NCBI GenBank assembly: GCA_900617105.1
Contig: UYFQ01000090.1
Coordinates: 1-52,778, forward strand
Reading direction: 5' to 3'
DNA: 52,778 nucleotides
Source: Hydrurus foetidus
Taxonomy: Eukaryota
The notes under the pieces were generated by a model that worked only from the letters and a program-made list of their open reading frames with translations, ran no database searches and was not told the origin of the DNA. Made by a program: the position numbers and the translations under genes. Within the stretch, counting starts at the first letter, position 1; every line of letters begins with the position of its first letter. Shown here one piece after another: positions 33,419 to 43,275 of the stretch.

Positions 33419-34177
33419 ATGTCAATAAGTTTAAAACATAATATACGCCCCGCTTTTCCAATAGCACGAATGAATTGTGACGATGGTCTTGATTCACGAT
33501 TGAATATGTACTCACTGACAAGTTTGATGAATTCACATGAATGTACGGTTTTATGTGGTGCGCCGAAGAGTGGTAAGACGTCTCTATTATGGGGTTTTTT
33601 TAAACACCCGAAATTATTAAAAAAAGTATTCCATAATATTTACATTTTTCAACCAACCGTAAGTGGTGAATCAATGAAGGACAATATCTTCAGTTGTCTT
33701 CCAGATAATCAGCGTTTCGATAAATTGAATTACGATGATTTAAGTGATGTTTTAGAACGAATTACCAATAGCGAAAAATGGGAGGAAAACTGTGTAATTT
33801 TCGATGATCAGGCTGCGTATTTAAAGCAAAAAAGCACACGTACTCTATTTGAAGAATTGGTGTACAATCGTAGGCATCTGAGGACAAATATTTTCTTCTT
33901 AACACAGGGATGGAAGAAAATCCCTTTAGATCTCCGCAAGGTACTTTCTAATATATTTTTATTCAAGGTTGCCAAGAAAGAGTTGTATACAATCTGGGAC
34001 GAAGCAATAGAGGAGAATGTGGATTTAGTGCCAAAAATAAGTAAATTAGTTTTTGATAAGAAGCATAATTTTTTATTTGTGAATGTGGAGAGTAAGAGAA
34101 TGTTTAAAAACTGGGACGAAATTCTAATTTTCGACCCCGACGATGATGATGAGGAAGAGGCGATAAAAACAATATAA
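33419..34177 (+). CDS. A32-like (FtsK/HerA) genome packaging ATPase
   Basis: GAPKSGKT Walker A, CVIFDD Walker B, RRHLRTNIFFLTQ, IPLDLR. Confidence 0.92.
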   Translation: MSISLKHNIRPAFPIARMNCDDGLDSRLNMYSLTSLMNSHECTVLCGAPKSGKTSLLWGFFKHPKLLKKVFHNIYIFQPTVSGESMKDNIFSCLPDNQRFDKLNYDDLSDVLERITNSEKWEENCVIFDDQAAYLKQKSTRTLFEELVYNRRHLRTNIFFLTQGWKKIPLDLRKVLSNIFLFKVAKKELYTIWDEAIEENVDLVPKISKLVFDKKHNFLFVNVESKRMFKNWDEILIFDPDDDDEEEAIKTI

Positions 34178-34201
34178 AGATATAGGACAATATAAGATAT
34201 A

Positions 34202-34639
34202 ATGCCAAGAAAAGCGATTGATTACAGTAAATCACTCGTGTATCGTATAGCGAATAAGGATACAACGTATTATATAGGTTCGACGACTAATTTTAGAAAA
34301 AGAAAAAGTCAACATAAAAGTAATTGTAAAAATGTAAAATCACCAGAATACAATAAAACATTATACCAGTTTATTCGTGAAAATGGTGGTTGGAGTGATG
34401 AGTGGGTTATGGTTCTCGTTCAGTCATATCCTAATTGTAAAACATCAATTGAACTATTGAAATATGAACGGGAACATTATGATATTTACAAACCAGAAAT
34501 GAATGTAAAGAAACCTTATTTATATGAAGGTGAGAAAGAAGAACATTGTAAAGAATATAAAATAGAAAAAGTGAAATTGAATACTCTGGAAAAGCCAAAA
34601 CCAAAAACAAAAGTAAAGACGGAGACAAAATTCATTTAA
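34202..34639 (+). CDS. GIY-YIG endonuclease
   Basis: VYRI..YYIGSTTNFRKRKSQHK..LYQFIRENGGW..YEREH. Confidence 0.88.
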   Translation: MPRKAIDYSKSLVYRIANKDTTYYIGSTTNFRKRKSQHKSNCKNVKSPEYNKTLYQFIRENGGWSDEWVMVLVQSYPNCKTSIELLKYEREHYDIYKPEMNVKKPYLYEGEKEEHCKEYKIEKVKLNTLEKPKPKTKVKTETKFI

Positions 34640-34661
34640 ATATCTAATAGTATCTTAACTA

Positions 34662-35399
34662 ATGTCAATTAAGATACTACTCAACTCAAAAGATAGGGTA
34701 AATAGTGCTACTTCAGCAAATGATTGTGAGTTTCGTGTCAATTGGGGTGCGATATTGGACGATGGAAAATACCGTGTAAGTTATAGCATTTGTAAGCAGT
34801 TAATTCCCGTAATACCAGAAATACCTTGGGTTTTTAGAGTGCAGAGTCCAACATCAACAATACCAACAACAGTAGATGGTTTTACCTTATCAAATAATAA
34901 TGTGAACACTGTTATTGATAGTGTACGTGAGAATGTATTTAATTTTAGGGGTAATGGATTTTTATCATTAAGCGTCCCCACGCCCGTGAATTCAACGAAG
35001 ACATTGTGGGTGATGATTCCGAATATGACTGTAACTAAAAATAATAATGTGTTTAGTTCCCGAAAAATGCCAGTATGGTTTAATCGCACAATTTTTTTAA
35101 GAGCATCTGTTAATTTTGGTGTATCAGGAGGAGGTGATGTTATATCATCAGTAGCACAGACATCAGGTGTATGGAAATTTTACGCAATAACAACAACCGC
35201 AACAGAGACAAAAATATATGTAGATGGTGTGCTTGTAACATCGAGGAATGTGACGTGGGGAGGTGATACAGCAGCGATAAATTTCGGTGCGTATCTTGGT
35301 GCATCGTTTTTAACGGGCCTTCTGGACGATATGAGGTTATATTCGAGTACTCTCACAGCAACAGATATAAATGATTTATATACAAGAACATTATTATAA
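34662..35399 (+). CDS. N-terminal penton-like segment fused to a LamG/concanavalin-like domain
   Basis: ILLNSKDR..VNWG resembles the N-terminus of ORF 35694. WKFYAIT..KIYVDG..FTGLLDDMRLY-like ending (FLTGLLDDMRLYSSTLTATDINDLY) is a LamG signature. Confidence 0.75.
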   Translation: MSIKILLNSKDRVNSATSANDCEFRVNWGAILDDGKYRVSYSICKQLIPVIPEIPWVFRVQSPTSTIPTTVDGFTLSNNNVNTVIDSVRENVFNFRGNGFLSLSVPTPVNSTKTLWVMIPNMTVTKNNNVFSSRKMPVWFNRTIFLRASVNFGVSGGGDVISSVAQTSGVWKFYAITTTATETKIYVDGVLVTSRNVTWGGDTAAINFGAYLGASFLTGLLDDMRLYSSTLTATDINDLYTRTLL

Positions 35400-35417
35400 T
35401 ATACCTATTATTGTATA

Positions 35418-35672
35418 ATGTCTAATATAACTTTGCATGTAGATTTGGGTCAAGATACAGTTACAACAACATCACCAACACAAGTTGTATCGAGAAACAC
35501 GAGAGAATTAGGAAGATTTATACCCCGTGTAGATGTGAATCAGACAATTGAATTACGTAGTAGACCACAGAATAACACTTTTAGTGTCAAATTAATGGAT
35601 AATTTGACAAATTTAGTATCAACTTTAGATTATGAATATATCATACAAATTTGTTTTGAAAAGATAGAATAA
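35418..35672 (+). CDS. C-terminal half of a penton-like beta protein
   Basis: Aligns by eye to the C-terminal two-thirds of ORF 35694 (DLGQ/NLGQ, SPT, GRFIP/GSIIP, EYIIQICFEKI/EYLLALNFEKI). Confidence 0.7.
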   Translation: MSNITLHVDLGQDTVTTTSPTQVVSRNTRELGRFIPRVDVNQTIELRSRPQNNTFSVKLMDNLTNLVSTLDYEYIIQICFEKIE

Positions 35673-35693
35673 TTTCTTAACCTAGATTATATC

Positions 35694-36149
35694 ATGTCAA
35701 TTTACAATGTACTAATCAATAGTAAAAACAGAATTCCAGCACTAACATCATCATCAAATTCAAAATACTACTTCAATTGGGGGGGTGTCCTACCTGAAGG
35801 GCAGTATTTGCTTCGTTGGGGTTTTACGTGTTCTGGAGTCGATACAACAGTAAATAAAATAGGATTAGTATCAATAAATTTAGGACAGAGTAGTGTGTAT
35901 ACAGCATCTCCAACAAATGTGGGTGCATCAACCACAAATATAATTGGTTCTATCATCCCAAATGAAATTGGTACATCTTCGTTTTTGTATGGCGATTCCA
36001 ACACAAATAATATTGTCTATCTTGGTAATGCTCCATCAGTGAATGAATTTACAGTGACAATAACTTCATTAGACGATTCATTGTGGACGGATTCTGCAGG
36101 ATCTGAGATTCCAGAGTACCTTTTAGCTTTAAATTTCGAGAAAATATGA
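35694..36149 (+). CDS. small single-jelly-roll / minor capsid-like protein
   Basis: VLINSKNR N-terminus, FTVTIT and EYLLALNFEK C-terminal strands; structural gene context. Confidence 0.6.
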   Translation: MSIYNVLINSKNRIPALTSSSNSKYYFNWGGVLPEGQYLLRWGFTCSGVDTTVNKIGLVSINLGQSSVYTASPTNVGASTTNIIGSIIPNEIGTSSFLYGDSNTNNIVYLGNAPSVNEFTVTITSLDDSLWTDSAGSEIPEYLLALNFEKI

Positions 36150-36165
36150 ATAGGTATAGTATAGA

Positions 36166-36893
36166 ATGTCATATTTTACATACAACCTACAGACAATGGC
36201 AGGACTGGAGAGTGTCAGTGATGGTGTTGCAACCTTGGAAAATGGAGTATTAGAATGTGATAGGGTAATAGCAGATGATATTGAGACAAATAGTTTAAAT
36301 ACAATAAATTTGAGTGTATTGAATAATATTACAGCGGGTGAATCGATTGCAATAGGACGTGATGTAGCAGTCGGAAATAGTATTGTCTCTCCGAATTTGT
36401 ACACAACAAAATTAGTATCAAGTATTTTGGAATGCAAAAAGTTAAAAACAGAAAATATTCATTTGTATAATAATTTACAATCATATGATGATACAAATGT
36501 GGGATATATAAAAACTGCAATAATAGCATCATCATCATTATTATTTACAAATACAGTAAGAGTATCGTCTCTTTACCTTTACCAATCGGTGTATATACCA
36601 TATCATATTGTTTTACTCTGGGATTGTCAGGTGTGTCACTTCCATCACTACATAGTTTATCTCATGGACTTTCTACAGATAATCAGAATTTTAATGTGAT
36701 ACAAAAAAAGAACTATCAAAACTTGGTGTATAACGACAGTTTATCTTATGTAACATTTTACGAAACGGGATTTTTCCATATTACAGATTATAATAGTTCA
36801 TTGTATCTATTAATAAGACATAATACGGCAGTAAATACCTCGAGTAGAATACTAATAGAGAACGCCAAAATATCAGTATTACGAATAGCATAA
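36166..36893 (+). pseudogene. putative fibre or structural protein, frameshifted near 36580-36625
   Basis: Two overlapping ORFs; beta-rich repeats; located in the structural cluster. Confidence 0.5.
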
Positions 36894-36925
36894 ATAATAT
36901 TATAATATAACCTTATAGTAATATA

Positions 36926-38374
36926 ATGTCAAATATTTCAGCATTAAATTTGGCAGTAAGCGGGACTTGTGGAATAAGTGGTGGTGTCAGTTTATCATCA
37001 CCTCTAATCAGTGGATCATCTTGTTCTTATCAAGGTATTACAACAAATACATTGACCACAACTGGTGCAGTTCTTCATAACTCTCTACCAATATGCAATG
37101 TATTACCATCATTGCCGAATCAGTTAGTATCAAAGGGATATACTGATATACAGAACAACGCACAGAGCGTCTTAATTAGTGATTTAGAAATACGAGCAAC
37201 AGCAATAGAAGATTTAAATGTAGTTCAAGATACACGACTTGCAGATATAGAAAATACAAATGCATTGCAAGATGTATCAATAAGCGATATTGAAGTTGTA
37301 AATACCAACCAAAGGACGAGATTAGATGGAATTGACACTTTGAATAATACGCAAAATACAGATATAAGTGCGTTACAGACAAGGGCAACAGCGATTGAGG
37401 GTGTCAATACAACGCAGAACTCGAATATTACAGCATTACAGACAAGGGCAACAGCAATTGAGGGTGTCAATACAACGCAGAACACGAATATCACAGCATT
37501 ACAGACACGTGCAACAGCAATAGAAACGGTCAATACTACACAGAATACGAGTATCACTGCGTTACAGACACGTGCAACAGCAATAGAAACGGTCAATACC
37601 ACGCAAAATACGAATATTACAGCATTACAGACACGTGCTACAGCAATAGAAACCGTGAATACGAATCAGGCGACATCAATCACGAATATAGATACATTGA
37701 ATACAACACAGAACACCCGCATAACCAATGTGGAAAATACAAACACTAATCAATCAAACTTATTGACAACTATGATTACTTTAAACACGACGCAAAATGA
37801 CCGCCTGACAGCGATTGAGGGAGTAAATACGACTCAAGGGACAAATATCACTGCATTACAGACACGTGCTACAGCAATAGAGACCGTAAACACTAATCAA
37901 GACGCAGTAAATACCACACAAAATACTAATATTACAGCTTTACAGCAGAAGACGACTCCAATTGTATATACAACCCCCGTAGCGGGTGCATTAACATCAT
38001 TAACGTCATCATTAGACATACTACCTTATGTATCAAGTACATTCTTAAAAGTGTATAATATTAACAATCAAGCAATCACTTGTTTAGGACAGGCGATTTT
38101 CGCTGGGTTAGGGATCATAACGACACGATTACAATTAGGTAATTTTGGGACGATAATGACTGGAATGTCTTTTGGTAATACTTTAAGCGTCGTTGGGAAT
38201 AATGTGGTGAATTTTCCAGCATCATCATTTTCAGGAGGAGTTGTACCAAGAGTGCTAATTAGTCCATCAGGGAATGGTGTTTTTTTTGTAGTCAGCAGAA
38301 CCCTTATATCATTTACTTATTCCGCATCAGTAGCGGGTGTGAATGTAGATTGGATCGCATTACAGTCAGTTTAA
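36926..38374 (+). CDS. fibre-like protein with 21 aa coiled-coil repeats
   Basis: TRATAIE(G/T)VNTTQNTNITALQ repeats (63 bp units, ~37345-37945) and a beta-rich C-terminal head ending VDWIAL. Confidence 0.78.
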   Translation: MSNISALNLAVSGTCGISGGVSLSSPLISGSSCSYQGITTNTLTTTGAVLHNSLPICNVLPSLPNQLVSKGYTDIQNNAQSVLISDLEIRATAIEDLNVVQDTRLADIENTNALQDVSISDIEVVNTNQRTRLDGIDTLNNTQNTDISALQTRATAIEGVNTTQNSNITALQTRATAIEGVNTTQNTNITALQTRATAIETVNTTQNTSITALQTRATAIETVNTTQNTNITALQTRATAIETVNTNQATSITNIDTLNTTQNTRITNVENTNTNQSNLLTTMITLNTTQNDRLTAIEGVNTTQGTNITALQTRATAIETVNTNQDAVNTTQNTNITALQQKTTPIVYTTPVAGALTSLTSSLDILPYVSSTFLKVYNINNQAITCLGQAIFAGLGIITTRLQLGNFGTIMTGMSFGNTLSVVGNNVVNFPASSFSGGVVPRVLISPSGNGVFFVVSRTLISFTYSASVAGVNVDWIALQSV

Positions 38375-38395
38375 ATATCAATATATCACATACAA

Positions 38396-38626
38396 ATGAC
38401 ACAATTCATTGAGTCATCTAATTCTATAACAGTAATAACTCTAACATTCGGTTTTTTATCAATGGCGTTAATCACAATAACAACGTGTATTTTCAAGGTG
38501 AAGTGTCGTGAGTGTGTTTTAGGGTGTTGTAAAATTACCCGTGATGTATCAGCAGAAAACTTGGAATTGGAGATAGAGAGCAGAACTAATCGTAAAGATA
38601 ATATACCCCCGCCATCAATCGTTTAG
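38396..38626 (+). CDS. small membrane protein with Cys cluster
   Basis: N-terminal hydrophobic helix followed by KCRECVLGCCKITRD. Confidence 0.6.
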   Translation: MTQFIESSNSITVITLTFGFLSMALITITTCIFKVKCRECVLGCCKITRDVSAENLELEIESRTNRKDNIPPPSIV

Positions 38627-38673
38627 TTTTAGCATTATATTAATATGTTTTAATATAATATACTAAAAGTAAA

Positions 38674-38937
38674 ATGGGATTTTTTGGATCTTTGTTAGGA
38701 GGTGGATTAGGTGCTATCGGTTCTAAATTTTTACCCATTCCAGGCGTGGATGGTCAGGTGCTCGGAACAGCCCTTGGTGGACTAGCCCCGTTCAAGACAG
38801 GCGGTGCAGTTGGTCCAAGAAATAGAGCGTGTCTACTTCATAAGAATGAATACGTATTGCCCGCAAATGCTAAACCAACAAAAGCACAACGAGCAATCGT
38901 AGCAAAAAACAAGCGTAATGCCAAGAAAAAGAAGTAG
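38674..38937 (+). CDS. small Gly-rich protein with N-myristoylation consensus and basic tail
   Basis: MGFFGS (MGxxxS), Gly-rich amphipathic N-terminus, LLHKNEYVLP, KKKK tail. Confidence 0.65.
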   Translation: MGFFGSLLGGGLGAIGSKFLPIPGVDGQVLGTALGGLAPFKTGGAVGPRNRACLLHKNEYVLPANAKPTKAQRAIVAKNKRNAKKKK

Positions 38938-38998
38938 ATGAAAAAAAATGATATAGAAAAAAGTTAATACATTATAATACATAAAGCGAGGTTTTATA

Positions 38999-39677
38999 AT
39001 GCCAAAGAAACCGATTAATTATAAGAAAACGTGTGTTTACAGATTAATTTACAACGATATTACCTGTTATGTTGGTTCAACTACCAATATGAGACAGCGT
39101 AAATCACAACATAGACGTGGTTGTTATAACGAGAAAAATAAGGACTACAATTATCCATTGTATAAGTTTATTCGTGAGAATGAAGGGTTTAACAACTGGA
39201 AAATGATTATGGTTCATGCGTACCCTGAGTGTAAAACAAGTGAAGAGTTAAGAATGCATGAGAGGAATCACATTGAAGAACTCAAACCATCGTTAAACGT
39301 AAATCGCCCTATTGTAACAGAGGAAGAAAAAAAATGATGCAAATGACCGAAGCAGATAAGCACGTTTAGAAAATCCAGAACAATTAAAACAATGGAGATT
39401 GGAAAATGTAGAACACGTAAAAAAATATAAGTTACAATATTGTGTTGATAATGCTGATAAAATTAGAGAGTACGCAGATGCACATAGAGATGAAATAAAC
39501 TTAAAAGGTAAAATGTATCGTGAAGCAAACGCCGAAAAGATAAAGGAGCGAGATAAAAAGACAACTTGTATGTGAATGTGGACGTGTTGTAAATTTACGC
39601 CATAAAAAAAGTCACGAGAAATTAAAAATTCACATAAACTTGATGGAAGCAAAAAAGAAGTAAAGCATGATACATAA
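38999..39677 (+). pseudogene. second GIY-YIG endonuclease, disrupted, with C-terminal CECG..H..H finger
   Basis: Paralogue of 34202-34639 (VYRL..YVGSTTNMRQRKSQH). Frameshift in the A-run near 39330 and a later stop. Confidence 0.8.
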
Positions 39678-39707
39678 TAAAATATATATAAGAATCTTTT
39701 ATAATGT

Positions 39708-40228
39708 CTAACCACCTGTGTTTGTTTTTTTTCTAACCTCTTTTCCCGTGCCTTTTGGTTACGAAGTAATCGACGTGTTTCTATCTCGTCTGGGGTCAAT
39801 GGGTGTTGAGCCCGTGTTCGTCTTGCTATTGGAGTAGTATTATCATAGTAGAAATTATCATCAGGTGTTTTGTATAAGTCCGTAAGATTTACAACCGCTT
39901 CATCATATTTTCTTTTACTTGGAACTGGAATTTTACTAACTCGTATTCCTTGAGGGGTCAATGTCTGTATTCCAACGCTATTTGTAGGTATTCTAACTGG
40001 TTCAAATACAGTTTCTTTTACCGTTCCTACTGTATTATAAATAATTGGAGGAGATGGTTCACCTTGTAAAGTAATATACTGTGGTTGTTGGCGATACGCA
40101 GGTTGTGGAGCAGTCCTTTTTGCCCTTGCTTTGGTGGTGTTAATATTTACTACGACGCTTTGTGATTGTTTCTGTTTCTGCTTCAACCCCTTTTTAGATA
40201 GTTTTTTGGTAATTCTCTTTTTTGCCAT
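39708..40228 (-). CDS. basic putative core protein (KQKQKQSQSVVVNI motif)
   Basis: Lys/Arg-rich. The called ORF runs on to 39293, probably through a homopolymer frameshift near 39730; the likely stop is TAG at 39708-39710. Confidence 0.6.
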
Positions 40229-40312
40229 TTACAATACCAATACATTAAAATAATCTTGAAAAACTATTTTTGAAAAATTCTGGTATATCACGATTCAGTA
40301 CGTTATTAAACT

Positions 40313-40933
40313 TCATGTTGTTGGTTGAAAATAAACTGTATCCCGTGCTTGGTTTTGTAAAAGTTCATTGCTTTGTATCTTATCTATTGCCGTAGTTGCA
40401 ACCGCTCCTACATCTGTAGTTGTATTTACAATTTTACGAAATTGTTCATTACCTTCAAATAATTGTCTAGTATCCTGTAAAACAAACTTTTCGAGAGCGT
40501 CTGTATTTAACCCGTTAGAAATGAGTAGTGAGATTATAAAGTTCTGACAGTTGTTGTCTTGGGCTTTGTAACTGAAATAAGAACCCCCCATTTTGCTTTT
40601 CGTTTTTGAAAGCATATCATTGAGAGTCAGTCCAGCATTGATAGGTACAGGTAGAGTTTCCGTCCCTATCCTCATTTTTGAGAATTTGTAAATTTGTATC
40701 ACTTCGTTTTTCTCAATAACATGTAAAGAGTTTTTAGTTTGAACAACCATAAAGAGATGATACAAAGTGTCATAATCCGTATTTTCCATCTTTTTCTCCA
40801 ACTGTCCTCGTGATGTAATATTGAGTAGGAATTTTAATACTTTTGACAGCGGGGTTCGATTTACCGTGATTTTCGTGATTTCATCGTCGCCTATCCTATG
40901 GATAATCTTTTGAACAGGATTTAAATATGACAT
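40313..40933 (-). CDS. permuted papain-like (PPPDE/NlpC-P60 type) peptidase candidate
   Basis: LYHLFMVV His precedes Y..QDNNCQNF Cys. The likely start is MSYLN after TATATAATG. Confidence 0.62.
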   Translation of the reverse strand: MSYLNPVQKIIHRIGDDEITKITVNRTPLSKVLKFLLNITSRGQLEKKMENTDYDTLYHLFMVVQTKNSLHVIEKNEVIQIYKFSKMRIGTETLPVPINAGLTLNDMLSKTKSKMGGSYFSYKAQDNNCQNFIISLLISNGLNTDALEKFVLQDTRQLFEGNEQFRKIVNTTTDVGAVATTAIDKIQSNELLQNQARDTVYFQPTT

Positions 40934-40958
40934 ATTATAGTATAAGAGAATATAAAAA

Positions 40959-41902
40959 ATGCTGACGGTTGAGTACACTCGTTACATATCTCTCAACACT
41001 CAACATTGTATCAAAAAACAAAGTAGTGGTTCCGGAAATACTTTATACGAATCTTCCTTTTTATCACAAATATCATTTGATTTAAAAAACGTCTTAAAAG
41101 ATGATGATGATATATTGTATTCTCATATTAATATTATAAATGCTCAGATTCCTGTGTCATTCTACCTTATCAATTACACAACAAATGTATTAGCATATAA
41201 AATAAATAGTGGTGTGATACAACTGATGACAATAGAGCGTGGAAATTACAATATTACGTCGCTTATGAGTGTAATCAAGCAGGGGTTTTTAAACGCAGGA
41301 TATGCATTTACAATAACATTTAATAAGGTTACAGGTAAATTGTTATTTGTATCACCAATCGGAACAACCTTTACGATATTATCCAGTAGTTCAGGTGGAA
41401 TTATCAATGAGATTATCGGTTTTGATTCTGTGTCTTCTTACATATCAACAGGTAATATCTTAAACGCCGAACATCCTGCATCTTTAATCGGAATAAAGAA
41501 ATTGAAAATCAGTTCTTCCGCTTTACATACAAGTGGTTTATCTAGTGGTGGAGGGGTGATTTACTCGGAATTATACCAGTGAGTTCTGTAGCAACAGGAT
41601 TGATACTATATGAGAACAATAGTTCAAAAAAAGGAGGTTTAATGAGAAATAAGGAAATATCAAATATTGACATTACAATTACAGATGAAAATAACCGCTA
41701 TATAAACTTCAATAATGTAGAGTATAGCATTACTCTGGCAATTACAACAACCCGTATTTTAAAAGAAAGAATTAATTCTCTATTTAGGGATCCTACACAA
41801 CAAATACTGGATACAAAGCAACCACAAAATGTAGAAACAAATACTGGGGGAGATGAAAATGATTTAGATTATTTTATGTATAAGCACGGGATACAAATAT
41901 AA
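40959..41902 (+). pseudogene. minor capsid protein (penton), frameshifted near 41555
   Basis: AQIPVSFYLIN, IERGNYN, FNKVTGKL, IIGF, then IPV..ILYEN..IDITITDEN..INFNNVEYSITL. Confidence 0.85.
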
Positions 41903-41949
41903 TGCGTTTTTATTCAAATTAATCTCTTTTGATACACTATACTTAAAGA

Positions 41950-43275
41950 ATGAGTTTAATGCTTCCAAAAGAGATTAATTACGACCTTCCTGTCTCACTT
42001 CCATCTGGCGTCCAGACATTTGATATTAACGTCCTTCCTGTGAATGGAACAAGTTTCAGTTGTGCTACGGCGGGTGCTTACGTCCAGTTCGATCTACCTG
42101 CCCGTGCTGGATATATGGACGGTAAAACCCTCGCCCTCCGTTATAAATATACTTGTGTTTCTACGGGTGTGACTCGTATCCGTGCTTGTCCTTTCTTTAC
42201 CCCTATTCTCCGTCTTGAAACCATCTTCGGATCTCAGCCAGTCCAGAACATAAATGAGTACGGTCAACTTCAGAATATGCTTATTAACCTGACGCATAAC
42301 GTGGCGGACAAAATTGGTAGTGTGACGGGTTACGGTTGGGCTCTCGAAGGTGCTGATAAGGTACATACATGGCAGTCGACTGATGGACGTTCTTGCGGAC
42401 AAAATGAGAAGGGTTCGTTTTGGGGTCCACTGAAGGGGTGTATTCTATCCGAGGCGGATAGGTATATACCAACAGGAATGATGCCAAATATCCGTATTCA
42501 ACTTACTCTTGATTCCATTGCCAACATCTTTGCTCCTCCATCGGCTGCTGCAGTAACACTAAATCTTGAAACAGGTACTCCAGTTTCAAGTGCAACAGTA
42601 ACGCCAACTGATTTTACCTTGAGCGATTTTGTGCTTTCTTACAGCCAAATTGACTTTGGTACTGAAGTAGACAATGCTGTTCGTTCTATGGGGGAGAAAA
42701 TTACAATTAAGAGTCAATCTTTCAATAGTTCATCTAACCCTATCAACTCAGGAACAGCAGGTCAGTTTGAGTTGATTTACTCACAGAAAATGGCATCCGT
42801 TAAATCACTTTTCCTTCATTGTGGTTCAGGTTCTCAGAACGGTAAATTTGATGCATTCGAAATTACATCTGGTGGTGATGTTCAATTTAGTATAGCATCT
42901 CGTCTTTATCCACAGAGTCGTCCACTTTCGTCAGCAGTAGCTTCTCGTGGTACGCTTTTCTTGGAATTGAAGAAGGCCGTGGGCAGTTTATATAACTAGC
43001 ATAACAGCATGAGTATTAACCAGCAAGAGTATTTGACCCTAGGAACTGCATCCACCGTTGTAAATCCTGCCAAGGTTTATTATGCTGTGAATACCGAACA
43101 AATACAGTCGAATTCCGTTCTTTTGAGTGGGGTTAGTACTCAAAATTCCCCCGTGACTGTCCGATTAAACATAGCTACTGCGACGGCGTTTTCCGTGTCA
43201 GCAACTCTGATTAGTGCGTTTGATGTTCTAATTGAGATAGATCCAAGTGAGAAATCTGCCCGTGTAATCCAGTAA
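41950..43275 (+). pseudogene. major capsid protein (double jelly roll) with one in-frame TAG at 42997-42999
   Basis: ORFs 41950-42999 and 43009-43275 are in the same frame (~440 codons). VQFDLP..YMDG..LRY, QNINEYG, YIP..M..IRIQLTL, VKSLF, LLSGVST; adjacent to the penton. Confidence 0.85.

Noticed and set aside
32901..33536. 211 aa Phe/Ser-rich minus-strand ORF and similar shadow ORFs
   Set aside because: Antisense shadows of Lys/Glu-rich or repetitive real genes; no motifs.
39293..39707. Hydrophobic C-terminal extension of the basic protein
   Set aside because: It is the antisense of the GIY-YIG tail, reached through a probable homopolymer frameshift.
42997..42999. Programmed readthrough or alternative genetic code in the MCP
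   Set aside because: TAG terminates other genes here (31881, 33393) and neighbouring genes are also disrupted, so decay is the simpler reading.
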